Both the position numbers and the translations under genes were made by a program. This document shows, one piece after another, positions 36,001-47,500 of a stretch of 64,000 nucleotides of DNA (position 1 is the stretch's first letter; every line of letters starts with the position of its first letter). The notes beneath the pieces are model-generated. The model made no database searches and was not told the DNA's origin. It saw nothing but the letters and a program-made list of their open reading frames with translations. This DNA comes from Eledone cirrhosa (lineage: Eukaryota). The stretch covers positions 258,788,001 to 258,852,000 of the forward strand of contig OZ024741.1 of NCBI GenBank assembly GCA_964016885.1, in the 5' to 3' direction.

Positions 36001-39000
36001 GTGTTGTTGTTGTTGCTGTTTTCTCTGTCAGTGCCAGTGTTGTTGTTGTTGCTGTTTTCTGTGTCAGTGCCAGTGTTGTTGTAGTTGTTGCTGTTTTATG
36101 TGTCAGTGCCAGTGTTGTTGTAGTTGTTGCTGTTTTCTGTGTCAGTGCCAGTGTTGTTGTAATTGCTGTTTTCTGTGTCAGTGCCAGTGTTGTTGTTGTT
36201 GCTATTTTCACTGTCAGTGCCAGTGTTGTTGCTGTTGCTGTTTTCTCTGTCAGTGCCAGTGGTGTTGTAGTTGTTGCTGTTTTCTGTGTTAGTGCCAGTG
36301 TTGTTGTAGTTGTTGCTGTTTTCTGTGTCAGTGCCAGTGTTGTTGTTGTTGTTGCTGTTTTCTCTGTCAGTGCCAGTGTTGTTGTAGTTGTTGCTGCTTT
36401 CTCTGTCAGTGCCATTGTTGTTGTAGTCGTTGCTGTTTTCTGTGTCAGTGCCAGTGTTGTTGTTGTTGCTGTTTTCTCTGTCAGTGCCAGTGTTGTTGTA
36501 GTTGTTGCTGTTTTCTGTGTCAGTGCCACTGTTGTTGTTGCTGTTTTCTGTGTCAGTGCCAGTGTTGTTGTTGTTGCTGTTTTCTCTGTCAGTGCCAGTG
36601 TTGTTGTTGCTGTTTTCTCTGTCAGTGCCAGTGTTGTTGTTGTTGCTGTTTTCTGCGTCAGTGCCATTGTTATTGCTGTTGTTGCTGTTTTCTGTGTCAG
36701 TGCCAGTGTTGTTGTTGCTGTTGTTGCTGTTTTCTGTGTCAGTGCCAGTGTTGTTGCTGTTGCTGTTTTCTCTGTCAGTGCCAGTGTTGTTGTAGTTGTT
36801 GCTGTTTTCTCTGTCAGTGCCAGTGTTGTAGTTGTTGCTGTTTTCTGTGTCAGTGCCAGTGTTGTTGTTGTTGCTGTTTTCTCTGTCAGTGCCAGTGTTG
36901 TTGTAGTTGTTGCTGTTTTCTCTGTCATTGCCAGTGTAGTTGTAGTTGTTGCTGTTTTCTGTGTCAGTACCGGTGTTGTTGTTGTTGCTGTTTTCTCTGT
37001 CAGTGCCAGTGTTGTTGTTGTTGCTGTTTTCTCTGTCAGTGCCAGTGTTGTTGTTGTTGCTGTTTTCTGTGTCAGTGCCAGTGTTGTTGTTGTTGCTGTT
37101 TTCTGTGTCAGTGCCAGTGTTGTTGTAGTTGTTGCTGTTTTCTGTGTCAGTGCCAGTGTTGTTTTAGTCGTTGCTGTTTTCTGTGTCAGTGCCAGTGTTG
37201 TTGTAGTTGTTGCTGTTTTCTCTGTCACTGCCAGTGTTGTTGTAGTTGTTGCTGTTTTATGTGTCAGTGCCAGTGTTGTTGTAGTTGTTGCTGTTTTCTC
37301 TGTGAGTGCCAGTGTTGTAGTTGTTGCTGTTTTCTCTGTTAGTGCCAGTGTTGTTGTAGTTGTTGATGTTTTCTGTGTCAGTGCCAGTGTTGTTGTTGTT
37401 GTTTTCTCTGTCAGTGCCAGTGTTGTTGTAGTTGTTGCTGTTTTCTGTGTCAGTGCCAGTGTTGTTGTAGTTGTTGCTGTTTTCTCTGTCAGTGCCAGTG
37501 TTGTTGTAGTTGTTGCTGTTTTCTGTGTCAGTGCTAGTGTTGTTGTTGTTGCTGTTTTCTCTGTCAGTGCCAGTGTTGTTGTAGTTGTTGCTGTTTTCTC
37601 TGTCAGTGCCAGTTTTGTTGTAGTTGTTGCTGTTTTCTGTGTCCGTGCCAGTGTTGTTGTAGTTGTTGCTGTTTTCTCTGTCAGTGCCAGTGTTGTTGTT
37701 GTTGTTGTTGCTGTTTTCTCTGTCAGTGTTGTTGTTGTTGCTGTTTTCTGTGTCAGTGCCAGTGTTGTTGTTGCTGTTGTTGCTGTTTTCCGTGCCAGTG
37801 TTGTTGTAGTTGTTGCGGTTTTCTGTGTCAGTGCCAGTGTTGTTGTAGTTGTTGCTGTTTTCTGTGTCAGTGCCAGTGTTGTGGTAGTTGTTGCTGTTTT
37901 CTGTGTCAGTGCCAGTGTTGTTGTAGTTGTTGCTGTTTTCTCTGTCAGTGCCAGTGTTGTTGTAGTTGTTGCTGTTTTCTCTGTCAGTGCCAGTGTTGTT
38001 GTAGTTGTTGCTGTTTTCTGCGTCAGTGCCAGTGTTGTTGCTGTTGCTGTTTTCTCTGTCAGTGCCAGTGTTGTTGTAGTTGTTGCTGTTTTCTCTGTCA
38101 GTGCCAGTGTTGTTGTTGTTGCTGTTTTCTCTGTCAGTGCCAGTGTTGTTGTAGTTGTTGCTGTTTTCTCTGTCAGTGACAGTGTTGTTGTAGTTGTTGC
38201 TGTTTTCTGTGTCAGTGCCAGTGTTGTTGCTGTTGTTGCTGTTTTCTGTGTCAGTGCCAGTGTTGTTGTTGCTGTTTTCTCTGTCAGTGCCAGTGTTTTT
38301 GTTGTTGCTGTTTTCTGTGTCAGTGCCAGTGTTGTTCTAGTTGTTGATGTTTTCTGTGCCAGTGCCAGTGTTGTTGTAGTTGTTGCTGTTTTCTCTGTCA
38401 GTGCCAGTGTTGTTGTAGTTGTTGCTGTTTTCTCTGTCAGTGCCAGTGTTGTTGTAGTTGTTGCTGTTTTCTGTGTCAGTGCCAGTGTTGTTGTTGTTGC
38501 TGTTTTCTCTGTCAGTGCCAGTGTTGTTGTACTTATTGCTGTTTTCTGTGTCAGTGTCACTGTTGTTGTTGCTGTTTTCTGTGTCAGTGCCAGTGTTGTT
38601 GTTGTTGCTGTTTTCTCTGTCAGTGCCAGTGTTGTTGTTGCTGTTTTCTCTGTCAGTGCCAGTGTTGTTGTTGTTGCTGTTTTCTGTGTCAGTGCCATTG
38701 TTATTGCTGTTGTTGCTGTTTTCTATGTCAGTGCCAGTGTTGTTGTTGCTGTTGTTGCTGTTTTCTCTGTCAGTGCCACTGTTGTTGTTGCTGTTTTCTG
38801 TGTCTGTGCCAGTGTTGTTGTTGTTGCTGTTTTCTCTGTCAGTGCCAGTGTTGTTGTTGTTGCTGTTTTCTGTGTCAGTGCCAGTGTTGTTGTAGTTGTT
38901 GCTGTTTTCTGTGTCAGTGCCAGTGTTGTTGTAGTTGTTGCTGTTTTCTGTGTCAGTGCCAGTGTTGTTGTAATTGCTGTTTTCTGTGTCAGTGCCAGTG

Positions 39001-42000
39001 TTGTTGTTGTTGCTATTTTCACTGTCAGTGCCAGTGTTGTTGCTGTTGCTGTTTTCTCTGTCAGTGCCAGTGATGTTGTATTTGTTGCTGTTTTCTGTGT
39101 TAGTGCCAGTGTTGTTGTAGTTGTTGCTGTTTTCTGTGTCAGTGCCAGTGTTGTTGTTGTTGTTGCTGTTTTCTCTGTCAGTGCCAGTGTTGTTGTAGTT
39201 GTTGCTGCTTTCTCTGTCAGTGCCATTGTTGTTGTAGTCGTTGCTGTTTTCTGTGTCAGTGCCAGTGTTGTTGTTGTTGCTGTTTTCTCTGTCAGTGCCA
39301 GTGTTGTTGTAGTTGTTGCTGTTTTCTGTGTCAGTGCCACTGTTGTTGTTGCTGTTTTCTGTGTCAGTGCCAGTGTTGTTGTTGTTGCTGTTTTCTCTGT
39401 CAGTGCCAGTGTTGTTGTTGCTGTTTTCTCTGTCAGTGCCAGTGTTGTTGTTGTTGCTGTTTTCTGCGTCAGTGCCATTGTTATTGCTGTTGTTGCTGTT
39501 TTCTGTGTCAGTGCCAGTGTTGTTGCTGTTGCTGTTTTCTCTGTCAGTGCCAGTGTTGTTGTTGCTGTTGTTGCTGTTTTCTGTGTCAGTGCCAGTGTTG
39601 TTGCTGTTGCTGTTTTCTCTGTCAGTGCCAGTGTTGTTGTAGTTGTTGCTGTTTCCTCTGTCAGTGCCAGTGTTGTAGTTGTTGCTGTTTTCTGTGTCAG
39701 TGCCAGTGTTGTTGTTGTTGTTGCTGTTTTCTCTGTCAGTGCCAGTGTTGTTGTAGTTGTTGCTGTTTTCTCTGTCAGTGCCAGTGTTGTTGTAGTTGTT
39801 GCTGTTTTCTGTGTCAGTACCGGTGTTGTTGTTGTTGCTGTTTTCTCTGTCAGTGCCAGTGTTGTTGTTGTTGCTGTTTTCTCTGTCAGTGCCAGTGTTG
39901 TTGTTGTTGCTGTTTTCTGTGTCAGTGCCAGTGTTGTTGTTGTTGCTGTTTTCTGTGTCAGTGCCAGTGTTGTTGTAGTTGTTGCTGTTTTCTGTGTCAG
40001 TGCCAGTGTTGTTTTAGTTGTTGCTGTTTTCTCTGTCAGTGCCAGTGTTGTTGTAGTTGTTGCTGTTTTCTGTGTCAGTACCGGTGTTGTTGTTGTTGCT
40101 GTTTTCTCTGTCAGTGCCAGTGTTGTTGTAGTTGTTGCTGTTTTCTGTGTCAGTGCCAGTGTTGTTGTTGTTGCTGTTTTCTCTGTCAGTGCCAGTGTTG
40201 TTGTAGTTGTTGCTGTTTTCTCTGTCAGTGCCAGTTTTGTTGTAGTTGTTGCTGTTTTCTGTGTCAGTGCCAGTGTTGTTGTAGTTGTTGCTGTTTTCTC
40301 TGTCAGTGCCAGTGTTGTTGTTGTTGTTGTTGCTGTTTTCTCTGTCAGTGTTGTTGTTGTTGCTGTTTTCTGTGTCAGTGCCAGTGTTGTTGTTGCTGTT
40401 GTTGCTGTTTTCCGTGCCAGTGTTGTTGTAGTTGTTGCTGTTTTCTGTGTCAGTGCCAGTGTTGTTGTAGTTGTTGCTGTTTTCTGTGTCAGTGCCAGTG
40501 TTGTTGTAGTTGTTGCTGTTTTCTGTGTCAGTGCCAGTGTTGTTGTAGTTGTTGCTGTTTTCTCTGTCAGTGCCAGTGTTGTTGTACTTGTTGCTGTTTT
40601 CTCTGTCAGTGCCAGTGTTGTTGTAGTTGTTGCTGTTTTCTGTGTCAGTGCCAGTGTTGTTGCTGTTGCTGTTTTCTCTGTCAGTGCCAGTGTTGTTGTA
40701 GTTGTTGCTGTTTTCTCTGTCAGTGCCAGTGTTGTTGTTGTTGCTGTTTTCTCTGTCAGTGCCAGTGTTGTTGTAGTTGTTGCTGTTTTCTCTGTCAGTG
40801 CCAGTGTTGTTGTAGTTGTTGCTGTTTTCTGTGTCAGTGCCAGTGTTGTTGCTGTTGTTGCTGTTTTCTGTGTCAGTGCCAGTGTTGTTGTTGCTGTTTT
40901 CTCTGTCAGTGCCAGTGTTTTTGTTGTTGCTGTTTTCTGTGTCAGTGCCAGTGTTGTTCTAGTTGTTGATGTTTTCTGTGCCAGTGCCAGTGTTGTTGTA
41001 GTTGTTGCTGTTTTCTCTGTCAGTGCCAGTGTTGTTGTAGTTGTTGCTGTTTTCTCTGTCAGTGCCAGTGTTGTTGTAGTTGTTGCTGTTTTCTGTGTCA
41101 GTGCCAGTGTTGTTGTTGTTGCTGTTTTCTCTGTCAGTGGCAGTGTTGTTGTTGCTGTTTTCTCTGTCAGTGCCAGTGTTGTTGTTGTTGCTGTTTTCTG
41201 TGTCAGTGCCATTGTTATTGCTGTTGTTGCTGTTTTCTATGTCAGTGCCAGTGTTGTTGTTGCTGTTGTTGCTGTTTTCTGTGTCAGTGCCACTGTTGTT
41301 GTTGCTGTTTTCTGTGTCTGTGCCAGTGTTGTTGTTGTTGCTGTTTTCTCTGTCAGTGCCAGTGTTGTTGTTGCTGTTTTCTCTGTCAGTGCCAGTGTTG
41401 TTGTTGTTGCTGTTTTCTCTGTCAGTGCCAGTGTTGTTTTAGTTGTTGCTGTTTTCTGTGTCAGTGCCAGTGTTATTGTAGCTGTTGCTGTTTTCTCTGT
41501 CAGTGCCAGTGTTGTTGTAGTTGATGCTGTTTTCTCTGTCAGTGCCAGTGTTGTTGTTGTTGCTGTTTTCTCTGTCAGTGCCAGTGTTGTTGTAGTTGTT
41601 GCTGTTTTCTCTGTCAGTGACAGTGTTGTTGTAGTTGTTGCTGTTTTCTGTGTCAGTGCCAGTGTTGTTGCTGTTGTTGCTGTTTTCTGTGTCAGTGCCA
41701 GTGTTGTTGTTGCTGTTTTCTCTGTCAGTGCCAGTGTTTTTGTTGTTGCTGTTTTCTGTGTCAGTGCCAGTGTTGTTCTAGTTGTTGATGTTTTCTGTGC
41801 CAGTGCCAGTGTTGTTGTAGTTGTTGCTGTTTTCTCTGTCAGTGCCAGTGTTGTTGTAGTTGTTGCTGTTTTCTCTGTCAGTGCCAGTGTTGTTGTAGTT
41901 GTTGCTGTTTTCTGTGTCAGTGCCAGTGTTGTTGTTGTTGCTGTTTTCTCTGTCAGTGCCAGTGTTGTTGTACTTATTGCTGTTTTCTGTGTCAGTGTCA

Positions 42001-44332
42001 CTGTTGTTGTTGCTGTTTTCTGTGTCAGTGCCAGTGTTGTTGTTGTTGCTGTTTTCTCTGTCAGTGCCAGTGTTGTTGTTGCTGTTTTCTCTGTCAGTGC
42101 CAGTGTTGTTGTTGTTGCTGTTTTCTGTGTCAGTGCCATTGTTATTGCTGTTGTTGCTGTTTTCTATGTCAGTGCCAGTGTTGTTGTTGCTGTTGTTGCT
42201 GTTTTCTCTGTCAGTGCCACTGTTATTGTTGCTGTTTTCTGTGTCTGTGCCAGTGTTGTTGTTGTTGCTGTTTTCTCTGTCAGTGCCAGTGTTGTTGTTG
42301 TTGCTGTTTTCTGTGTCAGTGCCAGTGTTGTTGTAGTTGTTGCTGTTTTCTGTGTCAGTGCCAGTGTTGTTGTAGTTGTTGCTGTTTTCTGTGTCAGTGC
42401 CAGTGTTGTTGTAATTGCTGTTTTCTGTGTCAGTGCCAGTGTTGTTGTTGTTGCTATTTTCACTGTCAGTGCCAGTGTTGTTGCTGTTGCTGTTTTCTCT
42501 GTCAGTGCCAGTGATGTTGTATTTGTTGCTGTTTTCTGTGTTAGTGCCAGTGTTGTTGTAGTTGTTGCTGTTTTCTGTGTCAGTGCCAGTGTTGTTGTTG
42601 TTGTTGCTGTTTTCTCTGTCAGTGCCAGTGTTGTTGTAGTTGTTGCTGCTTTCTCTGTCAGTGCCATTGTTGTTGTAGTCGTTGCTGTTTTCTGTGTCAG
42701 TGCCAGTGTTGTTGTTGTTGCTGTTTTCTCTGTCAGTGCCAGTGTTGTTGTAGTTGTTGCTGTTTTCTGTGTCAGTGCCACTGTTGTTGTTGCTGTTTTC
42801 TGTGTCAGTGCCAGTGTTGTTGTTGTTGCTGTTTTCTCTGTCAGTGCCAGTGTTGTTGTTGCTGTTTTCTCTGTCAGTGCCAGTGTTGTTGTTGTTGCTG
42901 TTTTCTGCGTCAGTGCCATTGTTATTGCTGTTGTTGCTGTTTTCTGTGTCAGTGCCAGTGTTGTTGCTGTTGCTGTTTTCTCTGTCAGTGCCAGTGTTGT
43001 TGTTGCTGTTGTTGCTGTTTTCTGTGTCAGTGCCAGTGTTGTTGCTGTTGCTGTTTTCTCTGTCAGTGCCAGTGTTGTTGTAGTTGTTGCTGTTTTCTCT
43101 GTCAGTGCCAGTGTTGTAGTTGTTGCTGTTTTCTGTGTCAGTGCCAGTGTTGTTGTTGTTGCTGTTTTCTCTGTCAGTGCCAGTGTTGTTGTAGTTGTTG
43201 CTGTTTTCTCTGTCAGTGCCAGTGTTGTTGTAGTTGTTGCTGTTTTCTGTGTCAGTACCGGTGTTGTTGTTGCTGTTTTCTCTGTCAGTGCCAGTGTTGT
43301 TGTTGTTGCTGTTTTCTCTGTCAGTGCCAGTGTTGTTGTAGTTGCTGTTTTCTGTGTCAGTGCCAGTGTTGTTGTTGTTGCTGTTTTCTGTGTCAGTGCC
43401 AGTGTTGTTGTAGTTGTTGCTGTTTTCTGTGTCAGTGCCAGTGTTGTTTTAGTTGTTGCTGTTTTCTCTGTCAGTGCCAGTGTTGTTGTAGTTGTTGCTG
43501 TTTTCTGTGTCAGTGCCAGTGTTGTTGTAGTTGTTGCTGTTTTCTCTGTCAGTGCCAGTGTTGTTGTAGTTGTTGCTGTTTTCTGTGTCAGTGCCAGTGT
43601 TGTTGTTGTTGCTGTTTTCTCTGTCAGTGCCAGTGTTGTTGTAGTTGTTGCTGTTTTCTCTGTCAGTGCCAGTTTTGTTGTAGTTGTTGCTGTTTTCTGT
43701 GTCAGTGCCAGTGTTGTTGTAGTTGTTGCTGTTTTCTCTGTCAGTGCCAGTGTTGTTGTTGTTGTTGTTGCTGTTTTCTCTGTCAGTGTTGTTGTTGTTG
43801 CTGTTTTCTGTGTCAGTGCCAGTGTTGTTGTTGCTGTTGTTGCTGTTTTCCGTGCCAGTGTTGTTGTAGTTGTTGCTGTTTTCTGTGTCAGTGCCAGTGT
43901 TGTTGTAGTTGTTGCTGTTTTCTGTGTCAGTGCCAGTGTTGTTGTAGTTGTTGCTGTTTTCTGTGTCAGTGCCAGTGTTGTTGTAGTTGTTGCTGTTTTC
44001 TCTGTCAGTGCCAGTGTTGTTGTACTTGTTGCTGTTTTCTCTGTCAGTGCCAGTGTTGTTGTAGTTGTTGCTGTTTTCTGTGTCAGTGCCAGTGTTGTTG
44101 CTGTTGCTGTTTTCTCTGTCAGTGCCAGTGTTGTTGTAGTTGTTGCTGTTTTCTCTGTCAGTGCCAGTGTTGTTGTTGTTGCTGTTTTCTCTGTCAGTGC
44201 CAGTGTTGTTGTAGTTGTTGCTGTTTTCTCTGTCAGTGCCAGTGTTGTTGTAGTTGTTGCTGTTTTCTGTGTCAGTGCCAGTGTTGTTGCTGTTGTTGCT
44301 GTTTTCTGTGTCAGTGCCAGTGTTGTTGTTGC
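1..44332. repeat. Satellite A: GT-rich tandem array with 33/36/39/42-bp monomers (consensus 39 bp GTCAGTGCCAGTGTTGTTGTAGTTGTTGCTGTTTTCT[C/G]T), over 1000 copies; runs off the window start and into the gap
   Basis: Seen directly. The core GCTGTTTTCTSTGTCAGTGCCAGT recurs throughout (e.g. at 11 and 50, period 39), separated by 3-6 GTT/GTA/GCT triplets. The + strand is strongly T/G-skewed. Confidence 0.98.
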
Positions 44333-44532
44333 NNNNNNNNNNNNNNNNNNNNNNNNNNNNNNNNNNNNNNNNNNNNNNNNNNNNNNNNNNNNNNNNNNNN
44401 NNNNNNNNNNNNNNNNNNNNNNNNNNNNNNNNNNNNNNNNNNNNNNNNNNNNNNNNNNNNNNNNNNNNNNNNNNNNNNNNNNNNNNNNNNNNNNNNNNNN
44501 NNNNNNNNNNNNNNNNNNNNNNNNNNNNNNNN
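44333..44532. other. Assembly (scaffold) gap of 200 N
   Basis: Exactly 200 N. A round number suggests a placeholder of unknown true size, so adjacency and orientation across it are not established. Confidence 0.99.
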
Positions 44533-47500
44533 AGATTTAGCTTAGATTTAGCTAAGATTTAGCTTAGATTTAGCTTAGATTTAGCCAGATTTACCTTACA
44601 TTTAGCTTATATTCAGATTTGATTTGTCTTAGATTTACATTAGATTTAGCTTAGTTTTAACTTAGATTTAGCTTAGATTTTCGCTTAGATTTACCTAAGA
44701 TTTAGCTCAGATTAGGCTTAGATTTATCTTAGATTAATCTTAGATTTTGCTTAAATTTAGCTTAGATTTAACTCAGATTTTAACGCAGATTGTAATCAGA
44801 TTTGCCTCAGATTTAGCTCAGAGTTTACTCAGATTTAGCACAGATTTAGCTTAAATTTAGCTTAGATTTTGCTCAGATTTAGCCAAGATTTAGCTTATAT
44901 TTAGATTAGATTTATATTCGATTTACATTAGATTTAGCTCAGATTTAGCTTAGATTTAGCTAAGATTTAGCTTAGATTTAGCTTAGATTTAGCCCAGATT
45001 TACCTTACATTTAGCTTATATTCAGATTTGATTTATCTTAGATTTACATTAGATTTAGCTTAGAATTTAACTTAGATTTAGCTTAGATTTTCGCTTAGAT
45101 TTACCTAAGATTTAGCTCCAGATTAGGCTTAGATTTACCTTAGATTAATCTAAGATTTAACACAGATTTTAATCATGTTTGCCTCAGATTTAGCACAGAT
45201 TTAGCTTAAATTTAGCTTAGATTTTGCTCAGATTTAGCCAAGATTTAGCTTATATTTAGATTAGATTTATATTCTATTTAGTGTAGATATTGCTTAGATA
45301 TAGGTGAGATTTAGCTTAGATTTAGCTAAGATTTAGCTTAGATTTAGCTAAGATTCAACGCAGATTTATCACAGATTTGTCTCAGATTTAGCTCGGATTT
45401 AGCTCGGATTTAGCTTAGATTTAGCTCAGATTTACCTTACATTTAGCTTATATTTAGATTTGATTTATCTTAGATTTACATTATATTTAGCTTAGATTTA
45501 ACTTAGATTTAGCTCAGATTAGGCTTAGATTTACCTTAGATTAATCTTAGATTTTGCTTAAATTTAGCTTAGAATTAAACTCATATTTAACTCAGATTTG
45601 ACTCAGATTTGCCTCACGTTCTTCTCTTCAGCATTTGGTTCAGATTTGGCACATATTTGGGCTCAGATTTAGCTTAGATTTAACTTACATTTAGCTTAGA
45701 TTTAGCTTAGATTTAGCTCAGATGTAGCTTAGATTAAACGTAGATATTGCTTAGATTTAGCTTAGAATTTGCTCAGATATAGGTGAGATTTAGCTTAGAT
45801 TTAGCTTAGATTTAGTTAAGATTTAGCTTAGATTTAGCTTAAATTTAGCTTAGACTTAGCTCAGATTTGACGCAGGTTGTATTTCACATTTGGGTCAGAT
45901 TTAGCTTAAATTTAGCCCAGATTTAACGCAGATTTAGCACAGATTTAGCGTGGATTTTGCTTAGATTTACCTTAGATTTAGCTTAGATTTACTTTACATT
46001 TACGTAACATTTAGTTTATAATTATCTTTAGATTTAGCTTATATATACCTTAGTTTTAGCTTAGATTTAGCTTAGATTTAGCTTAGATTTATCTTAGATT
46101 TAGCTCAAATTTACCTCAGATTTAGGTTAGATTTAAGGTAGATTAAGCTCAGATTATATTTAGATTTGATTTAGCTTAGATTTACCACAGATTTAACGCT
46201 CATTTTTCTCAGATTTTTGTCAGATCTAACTCAGATTTAGCTTAGATTTTAGGTTAGAGTTTAGGTTAGATTTAGCTAGATTGAGAAACGTTTTACCTTA
46301 GAATTACCTTACATTTTACTTAGATTTATGTTAGATTTAGATCATATATAGTTTAGATTTAACTCAGAATTATCTCACATTTAGCTCAGATTTGGCACAG
46401 ATTTGGCTCAGTTTTAACTTAGATTTAACTTCGATTTTGCTTAGATTTTAGCCTAGAACTAGCTTAGATTTCTGCTAGCTTCAGCTTTCATTTAGCTTAG
46501 GTTTACCTTAAATTTAAGCACAGATTTAGCACAGATTTGGCTCAGACTTAGCTTAGATTTAGCGTAGATTTACCTTACGTTCAGCTTCTATTTAACTTAG
46601 ATTTAGCTCATAACTATCTCAGATCTAGCTCAGGTTTATCGCAGATTTGACTCAGATTTAGCTTAGAATTGGCTTTCGATTCAGCTTTGATTTCTCTTAG
46701 ATTTAGCCTAGAACTAGCTTAGATTTCTGCTAGCTTCATCTTTGATTTAGTTTAAATTTTGCACAGATTTAGCTCTGATTTGGCTCACACTTAATTTAGA
46801 TTTACCCTAGATTTAGGTTCGATTTAGCTTAGATTTAGCTTAGAATTGCCTTACATGAAGCGTATATTTAGCTTAGATTTAGCTTAGATTTAGCTTAGAT
46901 TTAACTCAGATTTACCTCAGATTTAGCTTAGCTTCACCTTACATTTAGCAAATATTTACCCTTAGTTTTATCCCAGATTTAGCACATATTTTGCTCAAAT
47001 TTCGCTTAGATTTCGATTAGATTTACCTTAGATTCATATTCGATTTAGCCTTAGAACTTAGCTTAGATTTAGGTGAGATTTAGCTTATACTTAGCTAAGA
47101 TGTAGCTTAGATTTAGCTTAAATTTAGCTGAGATTTTGTTTAGACATAGCTTAGATTTAGCTTATATTTAGCTTATATTACCGTAGATTGAGCTTAGATT
47201 TAGTTTAGATTTAGCTTAAATGAGCTCAGATTTACCTTAAATTTACCTTAGATTTTACCTTAGATTTACCTTAGATTTAGCTCAGATTTAGCTTAGATTT
47301 AGCTCAGATTCAATGCACATTTATCTCAGATTGTGGCTCAGATTTAGCTACGGTTTAGGTCGGAATTAACTCAGATTTACCTTAGATTTAGCTTAACATT
47401 TAGCTTATATCTAGATTAGATTTATCTTAGATTTACAATTAGATTTAGCTTTAAATTAACCTTAGATTTTGCTTAGATTTAGCTTAGATTTAGCTCAGAT

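Noticed and set aside
3979-42919. Minus-strand Thr-rich mucin- or antifreeze-like ORFs and the Asn-rich frame
   Set aside because: The Thr frame is repeatedly broken by TAG/TAA stops where GAG/CAG/AAA can mutate. There is no signal peptide, unique flank or splice structure in the window. Kept only as a low-probability finding.
1589-44540. Giant + strand Val/Ala/Ser ORFs (2594, 3071, 1238, 1423 and 6757 aa) as membrane-protein genes
   Set aside because: They are pure translations of satellite A, with non-ATG starts, no unique domain and an implausibly hydrophobic product. The codons used are rarely one step from a stop, frameshifts were amplified, and the longest ORF runs through the N gap.
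807-44562. Short Leu-rich (LLLFSVSVPV) and Cys-rich (CQCQCCCCC) ORFs as signal peptides or metallothionein/keratin-associated proteins
   Set aside because: They are alternative frames of the same repeat. Their lengths simply track where the GTA or GAT variants create stops.
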